Positions 1 to 14,600 are shown, numbered from the stretch's first letter. The stretch is 64,000 nucleotides of DNA from Phoronis australis (GCA_002633005.1 NMRA01000008.1:1069974-1133973), one strand, 5' to 3'. The notes: generated from the letters alone by a model not told the origin. Numbers and translations: made by a program.

Positions 1-218
1 AATCTTTTTTCATCCGTATAATTTTAATTACTGGGGTTAATTAATAAACTCACCATTTCCCTACGCTCTTACTGTTTTATTTTTTTTGCGGCAGCCAAGG
101 GGGGGGGGGGCCCGGGCCCCCTGGGCCCCCCCTAAATCCGCCTATGACTGGTCAAATTACTACGCTATACACGCACAATGCGCGTGTCAAGTTGCTACAA
201 TTATGTCAATAACGTTAC

Positions 219-303
219 TACAAATTTGAATAAGCAAATAAAATATTTTGTAAAAAACAAACAGTAATTTCCAACGCCATCCCATTCCTAAATAAGACAT
301 CAT
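219..303 (-). CDS. Possible first exon of a neighbouring gene encoding a signal-peptide-like N-terminus
   Basis: gccaccATG context; MMSYLGMGWRWKLLFVFYKIFYLLIQIC; possible gtaacg donor at 218; CpG-rich stretch with a YY1-like ggcgccatt motif upstream. Confidence 0.25.
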
Positions 304-562
304 GGTGGCCTTTGAAAGATTTTTGAGGGCGAAAAGCAGCGTTCGACACAGATAGCGAGGTATTAAGTGGGCCAGTAGGCCAACACGTCGCGTACAGTTG
401 TAGGCATACACCACAAACATCATTATCCGCTATCCCTGAAAATCGTACAACCCACTGGGCGGCAGCTACAAAACAAAACAGGAGTGCGAAACTGGCGCCA
501 TTCGAGAGCTGCAAAACTAAGGACTACCGGGAATTTATTTCCGACCACGGACCGCCCTATTA

Positions 563-719
563 CAGGGGCGGATTTAGGATTTTGAGTTGGGGGGACAGGG
601 GACAGTTTTAGCCAGGATTATGCCAGCCAGACATTCGCACTCGCCAACTGTCAAATGGAATCTGGGAGAATTTTAGGGGGGGGGAGGGGGGCCATGCCCT
701 CCCTCTAAATCTGCCACTG
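563..719. mobile_element. Small G-rich MITE; the end of a related copy occupies 1-147
   Basis: caggggcggatttag ... ctaaatctgccactg, with tatta on both sides; cctaaatccgcctatg at about 131-146. Confidence 0.7.
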
Positions 720-947
720 TATTATACTCCAATCAGTAAATGGTGGAGGCTTTATCTACCCCAGTCATTTGAATTATTTCAAAACTGCAACACCATATAT
801 CAAGTAACTATTCATTTCAGCTACACCCTTGTGTGAAAAAACAGTGACATTATAGTGATGGCGTTCTGCTCCTCCTGAATCAAAATGTCAAATTTGTAAC
901 TAAATTCCAGAGAATCTGAATAAAAACTAGTCTTAATAAAACCACTG

Positions 948-953
948 TTTATT
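948..953 (-). terminator. Candidate polyadenylation signal AATAAA for KANSL3 (3' UTR about 0.85 kb)
   Basis: tttatt on the plus strand, with an overlapping ATTAAA, downstream of the stop codon. Confidence 0.4.
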
Positions 954-1791
954 TAATGATTTCCACAGCTTACAAACAAAGCTGCCAAACTTCAAACAGT
1001 GTAGTAACATTAGTGCAAACAGAAACTACACCCCTCAATAACAAACACAAAACTAGCACTATTTGTCCATTGTACACTTAGTGAATCTCAGGTCCTATTA
1101 CTGCACAAACATATACTATTCTGATGCCTTACTTATTGCCTATCTCACATCATTTACACCTACCAAGTCTCACTAGTTGAGGATTGTATATTTGAATACT
1201 ATGCCATCTGTGGGTGGCAGGTGAAAACCAAGACATAGGGAGGCGAAACAATCCATAGACATGAATCAAAATACTCTGGCGGGAGTCTCAGTAGATTACG
1301 GCACAATTTGACCTAGAGCCATAACGTGCATGCAACCTGGACACAAAGTAAAACTGTTTTCATTGGGAAAAATAACCCTTAATTGAGTTTTCCACTGCTT
1401 TGGCACAAACTGCCTGACTAAAGAAAATCTCCCATATTTTTGCAATTTTCTTACAACTTTATTTCAAAGATTATTTCTCATAAATGGTCTGCACCTTCCC
1501 ACTGGCATTTGCATACCATGGGCAATGATGGAATAGACTAGTGCATAGAATTTGGGGGGTCAATCAAATGATTAAAATTGCTCTTAAGTAGAAGGGCACA
1601 CCATTGTATTTAGAAGTTCGACCAACTGTGTTTCTGAATGCATTCGCTTATTGTTTCTCTGGTACCTATTCACACAACCCAAACTATCCTACAGTGCGAC
1701 CAGTTCTGTGAATTCATATTCAACAAAGTTCAGAAATTCTCAATACTTATATACATTTACACAACATAATAACTTGAATATACAAATATAT

Positions 1792-2648
1792 TCACAAGTC
1801 GTACTGTTTCGGGGTTTTGATTTTTCGAGTCCTTGTTGATGGTGTGACCAATACTGGTTTACTTGTGGCAGTATATGACGACACAACGCTAGGAGCAGCT
1901 TTCTGAGCCTTCACCACCTTGGCAGCACCCTCTGTTGTCAGCTGGTTGGTACTACTCACGTCTGTAACGGGCAAAGACTGGTTGGTACTCAGAGGTATGA
2001 TCATCGTGGACTTAGTCATTGATGGAGTTTCCAAGAGTGACGTGACACGACCGAGAGTCTCAGTACTAGCTGGTCTAACCTCGTCGGGCTGCGACAAAGG
2101 CGTGGCGACATTACTTTGACTCACAGACGCTGAAAGAGACGTAGCTTTCTGCGTTCCAAGGAGCGTTGGCTGACTCTGTGCTAACAGGCTTTTGGTGGCT
2201 TGTGAAATGGAGGTTAAGATCTTTGCTTCCGTTACGGATGCCGAGCCTGATGTCAGACTGGCTGTGGTTAGGGGGAAATCATGAAATTGAAGTTTCTGTA
2301 AAGTCTGCACTTGGTCAGTCGTTTTGGGCGATGTCAGCGCCGCGGGTGTTAACACCTGCCCACTGGCCTGGGCCATACTGACAGCGATGTGAGAGACACC
2401 TGGGGATGACTTGTTGATGGCACTTAACAACTGGTGTATCTGGGTTGTCGAGGTCACAGCGCTGGTGACGTGGATTGGAGCAAATGGCTTCAGAGCTCCT
2501 CTCTGTAGAGTATACAGAGATGATAGGCTGGCTGGTTTGACTGTGGATGGGCTGCCTGACGGGCCAGCAGTTGTGCTGTGTGATAAAGCAGCCATTGTGG
2601 AACTACCGGATGCTGAAGACAGTGACACCGAAAGCGCTCCTGGCGTAC
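1792..2648 (-). CDS. KANSL3: KANSL3 terminal exon, Ser/Thr/Pro-rich low-complexity tail
   Basis: tgtattacag acceptor in phase 1; long open frame to TGA at 1792-1794; IHQLL motif as in the KANSL3 C-terminus. Confidence 0.8.
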
Positions 2649-5600
2649 CTGTAATACAAGTAGGAGACACAGGGTGTTTTGGAAATCTGCATTGAAAATA
2701 CTGCATCTCTATGTAAGGTCCATATTATTCTAAACACCCTGTACAACAAAGATGGTGAAATTTGAAAAATGATGACGATAAAATGTCTTGCAGGCCTTAA
2801 AATAGAAAAGTGAAAGTTCCCTAACACATGAACCAGCCTCCCGTTCAGTAACGCTAGGACCTCGCTAAAAAGCAAGACTTCGCAAGATTAAGTGAGATAT
2901 TGCCATGCATTTTAAATGAGAACACGTGACTTTGACTAGGTTTTAGCTAGGTCCTAGCGTAGGTCATAACGTCTATTGAACGCACGCCTGCTTTAGAATA
3001 CAGCACAGTTGTAGCTACACTTGTCAACATGTAATAAAAACTCAGAAGCCCATGAAATAAACAATCTAAGAAATCTATAATTCAGGGACATCATTTTCCT
3101 AAAAATGTCAATTTTCTACAAATGAAAGAAGAAAGGTTGGCCATAAAAGGCAAATAAATGGGGCTTGATGTTATGGAAATATATTCATCAGATGAACTGT
3201 CTGCCTTTTCCTAATAACAAAATCTGTGAAATTTTCCTCTTTTTCTCTCCAGTTATCAGTACCTGGAATTGAACAGTGTAAGAAGAAATTTCAGAGATGA
3301 CCTTATAACCATAGGTTGCCTCACAGCTGTGCCTTAAGAGCTTTAACCCCTCCCCCCCACCACCACCACTAAAAGGCTTCAAATGTGTAGTACCTAGTGT
3401 TGCTGTCAGACCACTTGACTTTGTTGACCCCTGACCCTGTGGGTCAGAGGACACTCTCACAACAGTCTGTATCTTGGGTTCCATCTCCGGACTACTCTTC
3501 ACATATGGCTTACTCTTCGCTTTTGAGCCTGCAGGCAAGCTCTCGGTACGCTTGCGCTTAGGGGAATGCTTGGTGGCTGAAAGATGGTAATATACAGTAA
3601 ATGACAAAAGAAAAACATCAGACATGTGAAATATTAGTGTGTGAAAGTCACCGACGCAGCCTCAGCCATGCAACTTGGTGCACACTCTATAATACATTGT
3701 GTGCGTGGCCTACCTTAGCACTGTACTGGCTGTGGTGACACAGGCCGTAGCAGCACCATGTGTAGGAGGGGTGTTAAGTAACTCATGCCTCGCAGGTCAT
3801 GCGCTCGTGAGTATTCTCAAGTTAGCTAATATTTGAGTATGTTTGGTCACGGGACTTGTCAGCCGATCACATGAAGCTTACTCTGGCTAGAGTCCTAAGT
3901 CTGCAGCAACACTTCGTGCGAGTGAGTCGTGAGGTCTGGCAACAGGTGGACCTAATCTGGGATGCCACTGTTGCCGATTCCTATACAGCATCACTGAGAT
4001 GTGCCTTAGATTCTCTGTGTCATAAACTTGTTACTGCTACACACAGCAACATGCAAAGACTGTAATCTTCAAACTGAACTAGAGAGACTTCGACATAATT
4101 CTGTCCGACTCTGCCAAACTTAGACAAACTGCTTGCCAGAATTATTTGTCAGTTTAGTCGCACTTCTTTAGCAATAAAAATGGAAGTTTTGTTGAAATTT
4201 GGACAGAGTGTAATGTGACCTTATTGTGTCTAACCACTAACTGATCATTTCTAAATAACTTGCAGGGAATGTTGTTGCGATTTCGACAATTGAAATGTTC
4301 TCTAGTTGAAAAAATGGATATTTAACCACAGTTAACATCAAAACGTCCTCGAATTTTGACATTGTCCAGTTTACTTTGAAAACTAGTGTAATGGCAACTG
4401 ATTATGTTACTGATCATTTCACTGACCTAGCCAGCTAGTTAGCTGAGCATGGCTAAACATCATAACACAGGTAGAAATCGATGCGGGTAAACATTGGCAT
4501 TAAACCCAAGATTCCTTTTTCAGTTCAAACTCGATTTGTGGTTCTCTTATAACAAAACTCGTAGCAAAATGAAGCACACCCAACCTACGTTGCACACTAC
4601 AGAAGAAACACATCTGACGAATATCATTTACAAAGAAGAACCAAATGTCATTTTAAAAAGCAGTATACAGTATACTCGTGACACGCATGTGTGCAATTTT
4701 ATTGATCATTTATTTGGTAAAGTGACATCTTCTGGGAGATGGTCAGAACTTCACCGCAGCAAAATTTGCTCAGAATTTCAGTTCACTGGCAACACATACT
4801 CAAAACTGCTAACGAAGAGCAACCACTATGGCCATCTTGTGGTGATATGTACAAAAACTTGAGAAGGAGGAAAAGTGGATTAAAGAATCAGCCAACTGCT
4901 GATGCTCTATTTCATGGTGCTCAAAGTTGACGCATATGATCGGTCCACAAAATAACCAGCAGAATAACATTGTTTTTGGTAAAGTAACCAGCTCTGTCTA
5001 TTTACCCAGGGAAGAGTATGGCTATTAGTAACATTAACTATGTGACAGACTTTTACTTTGCTCACTTTCAACTGAACCCTGGTTACTAACAACTTAAGGC
5101 AACTTCATTTTTATGTATAATGCCTAAAGTATGCCACAATACACAATAAAAATTCTTTTCACAGATTTCGCAGTGTTCCAGCATGCCCACACATGTTACC
5201 AAGTAATAGTACCTCCCAATACAGCAAGATGGCAGCATGTATCATTGTTTCTATGTCTGCAAAATTCTTGCACAAAACGGAAGCTTTGACCTCCCAACGT
5301 GAATAACTACCAGAAAAAAATTTAATCAACTCAAAACTTAGTCGATCAACATTTTTCACTCACAACTGGAGAAGTATCGTGAGAAATTTTTACATTGTAA
5401 CATGTCACTAGTTTATGCAAAATATAATTATTTGAACATTCAAGTCAATCAGGACCAAATGACCATTCCATTAACACTGTAAGGATGGTTCTATTTTGCA
5501 CCACATTGAATATCATGTCTACCGAGCCACTCTGACTGAAGTGGTCAAAATCTCGTACTCTGATGTCAGAAGGATTTTCTTTTCTGTTCTTTTTGTCATT

Positions 5601-8600
5601 CCATATATGTATGCGTTGCCGTTTTTGTACGTTCACTTTGAAATGGTGACTTATAAGCCCCAGTTGTGGCTGGATAGCAATTGCTACAGGTCACTAAAAG
5701 TAAACAAGAGCAACGCGGAGCATTGAAATGCGCTCACGAATGCATCGCAAATGGTGTGCTTTTAGGGTTATTTATTTGTATCATAAAAATAGCCACTAGA
5801 TGGCGCAAAAACTTACAAGCCATCCAAAAATGGGAACATACCAATTTCATAAAAATCTGTCAAGGAACTTAAGAAAAACAAAGGAAAACGAACAAAATGA
5901 AATTGCCACTTGTGGGCACAGTGTCCGTTCCATCCGCCTGAAAGTCGTTGTCTGTTATCTTCATATAAATTCACTTACTAAATTTAAAAAAGATCCTGCA
6001 GTGGGTTTTGGAGATACAGCTATGGGCACAAAACAAAACAAAATACCACTAGGTGGCGCCACAGTAGTCAGTCGCCATCATCAAATGTCTTCTTCACACT
6101 GAAAACCTATACGCCAATTTTCAAAACCATCCCTAGAATGATTTGGCTGATCGAGGGGTGGACGCCAAAAACACGATTTGAAAACAGCAAAAAATGGCCA
6201 CCAGGTGGCGCAAAATACCTCGATTCCATCCAAAAACAGGATGATAGCGTCATCTCACCAATAGAGGCCCTATATTCAAAGTTTTATGAAAATCTGTTGA
6301 GGACCTTTAAAGACACAGACTGCTAAACGTAAAAAACTAAAATTGCCACAAAGGGGCACACCAGTAGTCAGATCCGTTCGAAAGTCGTCATCGTCTATTG
6401 CCAACATCATATAAATACACTTGCTAAATTAAGTAAAGATCCTGCAAACAGTTTAATAGATACAGCCATGACCGCAAAAAAAAACAAAACTGCCACTAGG
6501 AGGCGTCACAGTAGTCAAATTCTTCGGAAAATCGTTGTTAGCCGTCCACTTCATAGTAAAAACATACACATGTAAATTTTCACAATTATCCTGAAAGCGG
6601 TTTGGTTGATAGAAGAGTGGACGCCAAAAAAAAGACTCGAAAACAGTAAAAATGGCCACTAGGTGGCGCAAACTAGGTCGAATTCATCTGAAAACAAAGA
6701 GATAGCGTCACCTCATTAACAGATGCCTGTATGCCAAATTTTATGAAAATCCGTTGAGGACCTTTGAACATACAGAGGTAAACGTAAAAAAAAATAAAAT
6801 TGCCACTAGGTGGCACACCAGTTGTCAGATCCATCTGAAAGTCGTCGTCCTTTGTTGTTAACATCATATAAATACATTTACTAACTTTAGTAAAGATCCT
6901 GTGAACGGTTCAGGTATACAGCCATAGGCGCAAAAAAACAAAACTGCCACTAGGAGGAGCCACAGTAGTCGAAGTCACCGGAAAACCATCGTCAGCCGTC
7001 CACTTCATAGTACGAACATACATGCCAATTTTCACAATCATCCTTTGAGCGGTTTGGTTGATAAAGGGGTGGACACAAAAAAACAGACTCAAAAATAGAA
7101 AAATGGCCACTAGGTGGCGCAAACTACGTCAAATACATTTGAAAACGAGAGGATAGCATCATCTCACTAATAGGTGCCTATACACCAAATTTTATGAAAA
7201 TCTGTTCAGGTCTTTTGAAGATACAGAGGTAAACGTAAAAAACTAAAATTGCCACTAGGGAGCACACCGGTAGTCGGATCTGTCCGAAAGTTCGCTCATG
7301 CCGTACCATCCACAAAAGGAACACGTGTGCAAAATTTCATGAACATACATCAAGGAGTTTTGGAGATAGAGCAGCGGACGACAGACGCTGGATGGACGCC
7401 GGACGGAGATGACGGCATAATGCGTCCACATATAAACATGTGGGCGCATAATGATGCTGATTAATTGATTAATCTTGCCCAAGGATCTTCACACCAGCTA
7501 ACTTACTTAAAGTAACACGATTGTTCCATTACTAGGGATCAAAATTTCTTAAAAACCTAACTAAGTATTAATAGCAGACCCATAAAACTAACCAAAATAA
7601 AAACATTGCCAAAATCTCTGATAATCACAAGAAACTGTTATGTCCACAAAAATAATAACCAGATGTTTGCAATCATGTGACTCCTTTTATATCGAAATAA
7701 TCTCAAATTTTCACAAAGATCGCTGTAATTGCCACATTAACATGTTTTTTGCACAAGAAACTCGAAATTTCCATTTCTCTACTTTATTACCCATAAACAA
7801 GTTTTTGGGATTTTATTCTAAAGCTTTGTAGCCTGAGAACACCCTTGTCAGAACAAAGAGGTCAACATTCCTTGAAAAAACAAAGTTTTGATTTTTGGAA
7901 TAAAACGTCTTAAAAAGAAACTCCAAGACACAAAATCAAGGAAAAGAATTTGCAAGTTTTAAATTCCACCCTTGGTAACGGAGGTATCGTATGACCTTAA
8001 GTAACCTAGTACTTAACCCAAAAGCAAAACTGGCTTGAAGAAATGTCATCATAGGCCAACTACCGTAATTTGTAATTCCGACCATGAAATCCTCATACCT
8101 GCTTCCAGTTTCTTTTCAGCTGAGGACCAAGTCTGGCTCATAGCTCGTTTACGGCTTCCACCAGGTGGCGACTTATTTGGAGTCTTTGGCGTCTGTGGTA
8201 AACTAGAAATACCCTGCAAGAATTGCTGACTTTTTATACAGGTTTACCAGGGCATTATTACATGTTTTGTTTATAACTACATACACTGTACAACAAAAAG
8301 GGAATCAGAAAAATACCCCATTCCCTTTATGATGGCTAATACTGGTATGAACTAAGGGCAGCAAAATTTTAACTTTCCTGTTAACATTCCCTTCATTCTC
8401 GGTAATGAGGGAAGACTGTTCCACCGATGAATTAAGACTTCTGCACAGCTGTCATGACAAAGAATTCCAGGTCATTTTGTCTGAACACTTTTGGTTTGTA
8501 CTGTCAGCTAGCAGAAAACTCGAAACCAAAATCAGACCACTTAACCAGCGAAACTGGTCACACAGCATTAAAACTGGATTGGTGCCCATGTACACAACCA

Positions 8601-11600
8601 GCTTACGAAAGCATTAGCATCTATTCCCACAAAAATCGTTCGTTTCTTCAAACATAACGAGAATAAGGTAAATTGAGTGACAGTTGTGTCAAATTGTGAT
8701 GAAGAAGCACTTGTCATGTAAATATATACTTTTGGTTTGAATGATGAGTAATAACTAACAACAACCTGTTATCCAGGACAGATCTAAAAAATGTAATAAT
8801 ATCCTCAGCTCCGCCTCGGTCATCATCACATTTTTGTGGTCTGAAAACCAACATATTGATGGAGTGTGAAAGTCATATTTGTTTTATTACAGGATTATAT
8901 CCACTAAGTTTGGACTTTGGATCATATGTTGATCACTTGATTGGTCAGTCAGCTATCAGTTTTTCACCAAAACTGTTCCGAGAGATTTTGAAAAAAATTC
9001 CAGATGAAAAAAACTGACTCAAATGGAATTATAGTACATAGTAGAGGTCAATATTGTGATTAACTTCTCTGTGACACAGGTTTAGAACACCATAGTTCGT
9101 CCACATTATATAATAAATATTATGCGATGACCGAGTATTGAACATAATCATAAACAAGTGTTCAATATTCTATTGAAGCTACGTTTCGCCTAACTTTCCT
9201 GGCTAACAACAAATACCGAATTAGGCTATTTATTCTCATAAAATCTGTCTTAAAATATTCCTTACTAACAGTAGATTCTATTTCCATAACCAACAAAAAC
9301 TTTGAAACCATCAGCGACCAGAGATAATGCTTAAGAGTTTGTTGGGGTTCGCCAACCCTAAAACTGCGAATTCCAAAATGGTGCGTGTACGCGTTGCCTG
9401 TGATTTGAGTTGCCGGCTCATTCGGTACCAATTCAAGACTAGGGGAGCATGGCAATGTTTTCAAACAAATAAGCTATCCTAGTGAAGAAGGGTTGCGCTT
9501 GTAAACATCAGAATACACAAAGATCACAAAGCAATTCATAAGTATGGGGGCGGTCATGGGATAAGGGTCCCACACGATTACCTAGGCTGTGTCCCGTAGA
9601 CCACAAGACACTGACTTGAACATGCGGTGGAAACCTTTAACTATGGAACGGAAACAGTGAATCCTAATCTATAAATCCTATCTCATAATTTATGAATCCT
9701 ATCCCATAATTCAACATTCCAACCTCGCCGACTAAGCACGACAGTAGCCACCGTTTCGCTAGGTCAAACAAGTATGGTCTCGAACATTCTGGCAAAACAA
9801 TCGCCTCTCACCACATGATTTTCCATAGTCGTGAATGATCGTGCTCCTCACAAGAAATCTGGTTTACGAAACCCTAACCTGAATGCAGGCATTTCTACAT
9901 AAAAGACCCTTATTTCAGTAGAGCCTCTACGTGAACTTTGAGTTCCCATTAAAATGCAGTCATTCCAATGCTACAATGCTTCACGCTACACAAAGAAAAA
10001 GGCTAACATACTGCAGCCATCCACTCACCTCCCCAGGAGTGGACGGTGTCCGAGATCTCTGTCCAGCCAGAAGTGGTGACGACGTGTTACTCCTCATCTC
10101 CAGGTTGAGATCACGTGACACCTTACGTTTCTTCCTCCTTTTACCGTCATTGTCAGGTGCGTCAGCGTGATCAGGAGTTGTACAGGGCACTTGAGACAGT
10201 ACTCCACCCAGGAACTCGGCCATCTCGTCCTGCAAGATTTACATATTTGAAGCTGTTACGAACACGACCTGTGTCAAAAAAATCAGAGCTTGGCAATTGC
10301 TAACAATTCTTCGAGAAAATGCTTTGTGTCTAAAATAACATGCCGTATCACGGCAACTGAACTTATTGACTCATGTCTAAAGCAAGAATCACTTCTAGTC
10401 TGACTGGGGACAGCTTTACAATTCCAGGTTGACTAATACCACCTTTAAATTTCAGAAAGTCGATAATCAGCAGGTGACAACCAAATCATGCATTATAAAA
10501 CACAAGCGTTTAAAACTTAAATTAAAATGCTTAGACGTTATGAAGAGACACATAGCTGAATGTTTTGTTATTAACCCAAACAAATATGCCATCTCTTTAA
10601 CTTCACCCTCTACTTATCATGGACCAACCTGTATACACCGGTCCACCATCACCCTCTCCTTATCATGGACCAACCTGTATACACCGGTCCACCATCACCC
10701 TCTCCTTATCATGGACCAACCTGTATACACCGGTCCACCATCGCCCTCTCCTTATCATGGACCAATGTGTATACACCGGTCCACCATCATCCTCTCCTTA
10801 TCATGGACCAACCTGTATACACCGGTCCACCATCACCCTCTCCTTATCATGGACCAACCTGAATACACCGGTCCACCATCGTCTGTGTCATGCCCTCCTC
10901 CTTTTTCTTGGCTCGTGTCATGCGCAGATTGTCATCGGCACCGCCCACCACAATCAGACTGTTCTCTGCCTTCATTTTCTCCCTTGTATCCTCGATATCA
11001 TCCACGTTACACGTGGCCGCGTGTTGACCCGTAACAAACAGAGTGGGGGTCCGACTGTCCAGCAGGGGGTCTTCACAATCCTGGAGAGAGGAAGAGTAGG
11101 CCCTGGCACACTTTAAACACAGGTGGAAATGAGCCAGAAACAATTGAGTGGATGCAGATTTTAAATGAGCGATCCATCACGCAGGGTGGAGAGACAATCC
11201 AATGACTGCAGTTATCAATACTCTGACCGCACCTCTATAACCATTATTCTAAGATGAAACATTGGAGACAAAAAGCTCACAAAGAATATTGTTCTGAATG
11301 AAATCAAGTGGAACGGTGCACCAAGTCAAGTTAATCTTTAACCTACACCCTTTTCCGGCATATTATGTGAAAATGAGAATAAAACATGACAAATGTTATT
11401 TCAAATTTCATATTCCAATACTTGCAAAGTATTTGTGATGGAAAATCTTTGTTCATATGAATTCAATATTTCAACCTCACGGAACCCATTTTTTAGGAGT
11501 AAGCTAATATGTTCCCAATAGCACTAACGTGCTCTTTACTGACTTTCTGGCATCTACGGAATGCAAACCTGGTATTAACACATTGCAAAATTACTTTTCT

Positions 11601-14600
11601 TGACAGAATGTGTCTCCTTGGGGTTTCATAGATACTGGCGTCTAAGCTCATTTTTCATTTGGTGTTGAAGCAAATGGTTGAGGCAAAAATTTCTAGACGT
11701 ATAAATAGACCTACTTACCCCTCGTCCTCCGTTTATGCCTGTGAATGGAAACCCAAGACATACAACAGCTGCTACGCTCTCCACCAGTGACACGTGACAC
11801 GACACCAATGCACCGACATTCCAACCAATCAGAACAATGGGACGATTCGGGAAATGACTCTGGAGCTGTGAGCAGATTTGTATAGTAAGATGTCAGTTTG
11901 TGCTATGGCACTAAGAGCGCACAAAGAAATCCACTTTCATGATTCTTCTCTAGCAAACGTTGAACATTTAAAAACAAATCGTAACAGCATTTTACAGGAC
12001 AGTACATAAAACACAGTATCTAATAATTCCTCATGAATCCAATCACCCATTTATGAGATATGACCATCCGAAGTTGGCCAAATTTGGAATTTTTCGAAGC
12101 CTACATAGTACTGATATGCCCAGGCCAAATGCACGTTTAGGCATACAGATACTTGGATTTGACAGCTGGTCCTGAAAATGCAATATGTCGCGAATAAGTT
12201 TAGGCTTCACATAGTTTTTACTACAATCCCCGATACAGTACAGAACCCTTAAATATCTGACTGTTCCACCTTACCTCCAGCACCTTGGTCCTAACAGCTC
12301 CAATCATGTGCTCCATACACTGGCTCACGCTGACCCCGCTACCCCCGTTGACCGTGTGTAGGGTCACCGGGATACACTTGCCCATACTGGACAGTTGGGT
12401 GTTCCAGAACCTCATACGACGGGAGTAGCTACTGGACGGGTGCGTGGGGCCAGACGGGGCAATCAACAGCAGTGGGTTGCCAGGCAGTTTGTGCTGAAAA
12501 CATGAACAAACGACTTAGTTGGCTAGGAGGTATCACAAATTTCGCAAACATAATCTAGGTTAGAATTCCACAAACGATGAGCATTGTTTCTGCTAAACGC
12601 TTTCTACAATTCCAGACACAAAATTTATGTAATGTAATCTCAATCGCTTAAAAATCATAACCTATTTTCAAATAATCATTAAGATCTTGCTATGTAAAAT
12701 TACACGATTTGCCTAAACTACACACTTCTTTAACTTGTATTTCATACCCTTTTATTTTTCTCTCGTATTTCATAATTTATTTTGACCAATACCATTATCA
12801 AATTTACTGTTGAGAAGATCAAAATACTAGTCAGAGTAACAAATTCAGACAATGGATAAAAATTGGAAAAGGCCCCATTTTGACAAAAGCACTCGTGACT
12901 CAGTTGGTTGAAACCGTCATGCTTGAAATTCGACTTCGCACCATTACGCTGAAGCAAGAAACTCATTGAGTCACACAATGTGGCAAGTCTTGGTCATACA
13001 GGCCATCTCTTACCGGCTTGTGCTGACTCATGACACTGAGCACTGGGTCCCAGGGTCTTTTGAGCAGTAGATTCAGTGCCTCCACACTGGCTGCTGAAGT
13101 CCGTTGACCTGTGGAGAGGGCGGTCATCTTGTCAATGAGAGCTGGCATCTATAACAGAGTGGACCATGAGGTTAACGGCAACAATTCTTTAAAGGAACGT
13201 TATTGCTTTTTATTGCCAAAAAAGACAACTTCGGGATTATTGTAATGTTGAATGGAATAGGCTTTTTTAAATTTATTGGTTATGAGCAGAGCTACAAAAC
13301 GATAAAATCCGTTTTGTTTTTGTGATTTTATTACAAATCAACAATTCTCGTCATTGTCTGCTGGACATTCTCTGAAATCTAGGTCAGTGGCTCTACCAAT
13401 TGAATATGTTTAAAATAATCTGCCACACACAGAGATATTTAGCTAAACCAGCAGAGCGTTTGGCTGCGAAGCCAGAGTTTCAAGTTCGATTTTGCACGGA
13501 GGCTGATCACAGAAAAGAAAATGTGTCACCGAAAATGTCGTCATTCATTAAACATAAAGCTCACCAAATGCCTTCGACAGATACATTAAGGTTACCACAG
13601 TACTACCGTAAAATGAAAAATCCTCAAATTTAGGGCCTTAACGGTCAATTGTTGATGACTTTGACATATGCTTACACTGTCCATTTCAAGGCATTTCTTT
13701 TTCAGAAATGAACGTGCGACATGTAGTGATAACACAAATCATAATTTGCATGTGAATGTGACTCAAATGTCATACAAAAGGCATCAGGCCACATGCCTAC
13801 TTCTTTCATCGTATCACATATAAACAACGTTGAAACAAATGAAAAGCTGGTTTCGACGTCACATTTTCCAAGAAGTCATAGGATTTAAACAAGATAGAGC
13901 GCTTCTGCCGTCTAACAAATGACCTTTTTACAGAGAGCGCGAGACATATACAAAGAGGACTGTAGGATATCCGTTACCAAATCCAAAGCAGCAGTACCAG
14001 TGGATGGAGATGTACGATGCATCAAGAACACTTCACTTTAATAGCATTTAGAGGAACCAATCAGTTTATCGCAGACATGAGTAATCACATAGCATCTACT
14101 CAAGCCAATTGCTTACAAAGCTGACAAAAGCGACACCGTCTTGATTCTGGATCGGACGATTCATATACAAAAAATCTATGCTCTGGGATGCGTACGTGTA
14201 GATTTTCGTTATGTGTAAAAAACATTAATGAAGGCTGTAACTATCAAAGCTTACTAGAGATTCGACTTGAAAAACGACCCCTCAAGTGGCACACTTTGTC
14301 TAAGTTTTTTAAGGGGTACGCAATGTCTTTTGATATTATTTAGTATCCAACCAGCAACAGAACAGGACATGAATGACCAGCAAACAGCCTGAAGCTTAGT
14401 TCTACAATCAGTTCCATTGAGCAAACACCATGCCCTACTCTCTACTGACAACAGTGTGTGTCGGGGATTCATGTTTGCTCAATAGACTATTTCATTCACC
14501 ACCNNNNCCCCCCCCCCCTCCCTAAGAGTTATTTCCCTTTTTGCTATTGCTGAACTCCACTGGCCGGATACCTGACGTTTTCAGCACCTCAGTGGAGACA

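Noticed and set aside
1919-2695. Plus-strand ORFs of 66-94 aa
   Set aside because: Antisense shadows of the KANSL3 terminal exon.
3712-3790. Extra KANSL3 exon ending in aag|gtaggc
   Set aside because: The phase needed to join exon 12 places a TAA just before the donor, and no clear acceptor was found.
5800-7482. Short ORFs within the tandem core repeats
   Set aside because: Repeat-derived, with no recognisable domain and inconsistent frames between units.
10603-10880. CRISPR-like appearance of the regular repeats
   Set aside because: Units are contiguous with no unique spacers, there are no cas genes, and the context is eukaryotic.
10429-11116. Three overlapping plus-strand ORFs with repeated peptides
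   Set aside because: They arise from the 46-bp minisatellite and the antisense strand of KANSL3 exon 9.
11809-11826. GWNVG replacing the GxSxG nucleophile elbow as a novelty
   Set aside because: Asn at this position is the usual KANSL3 state (human GWNTG, from memory).
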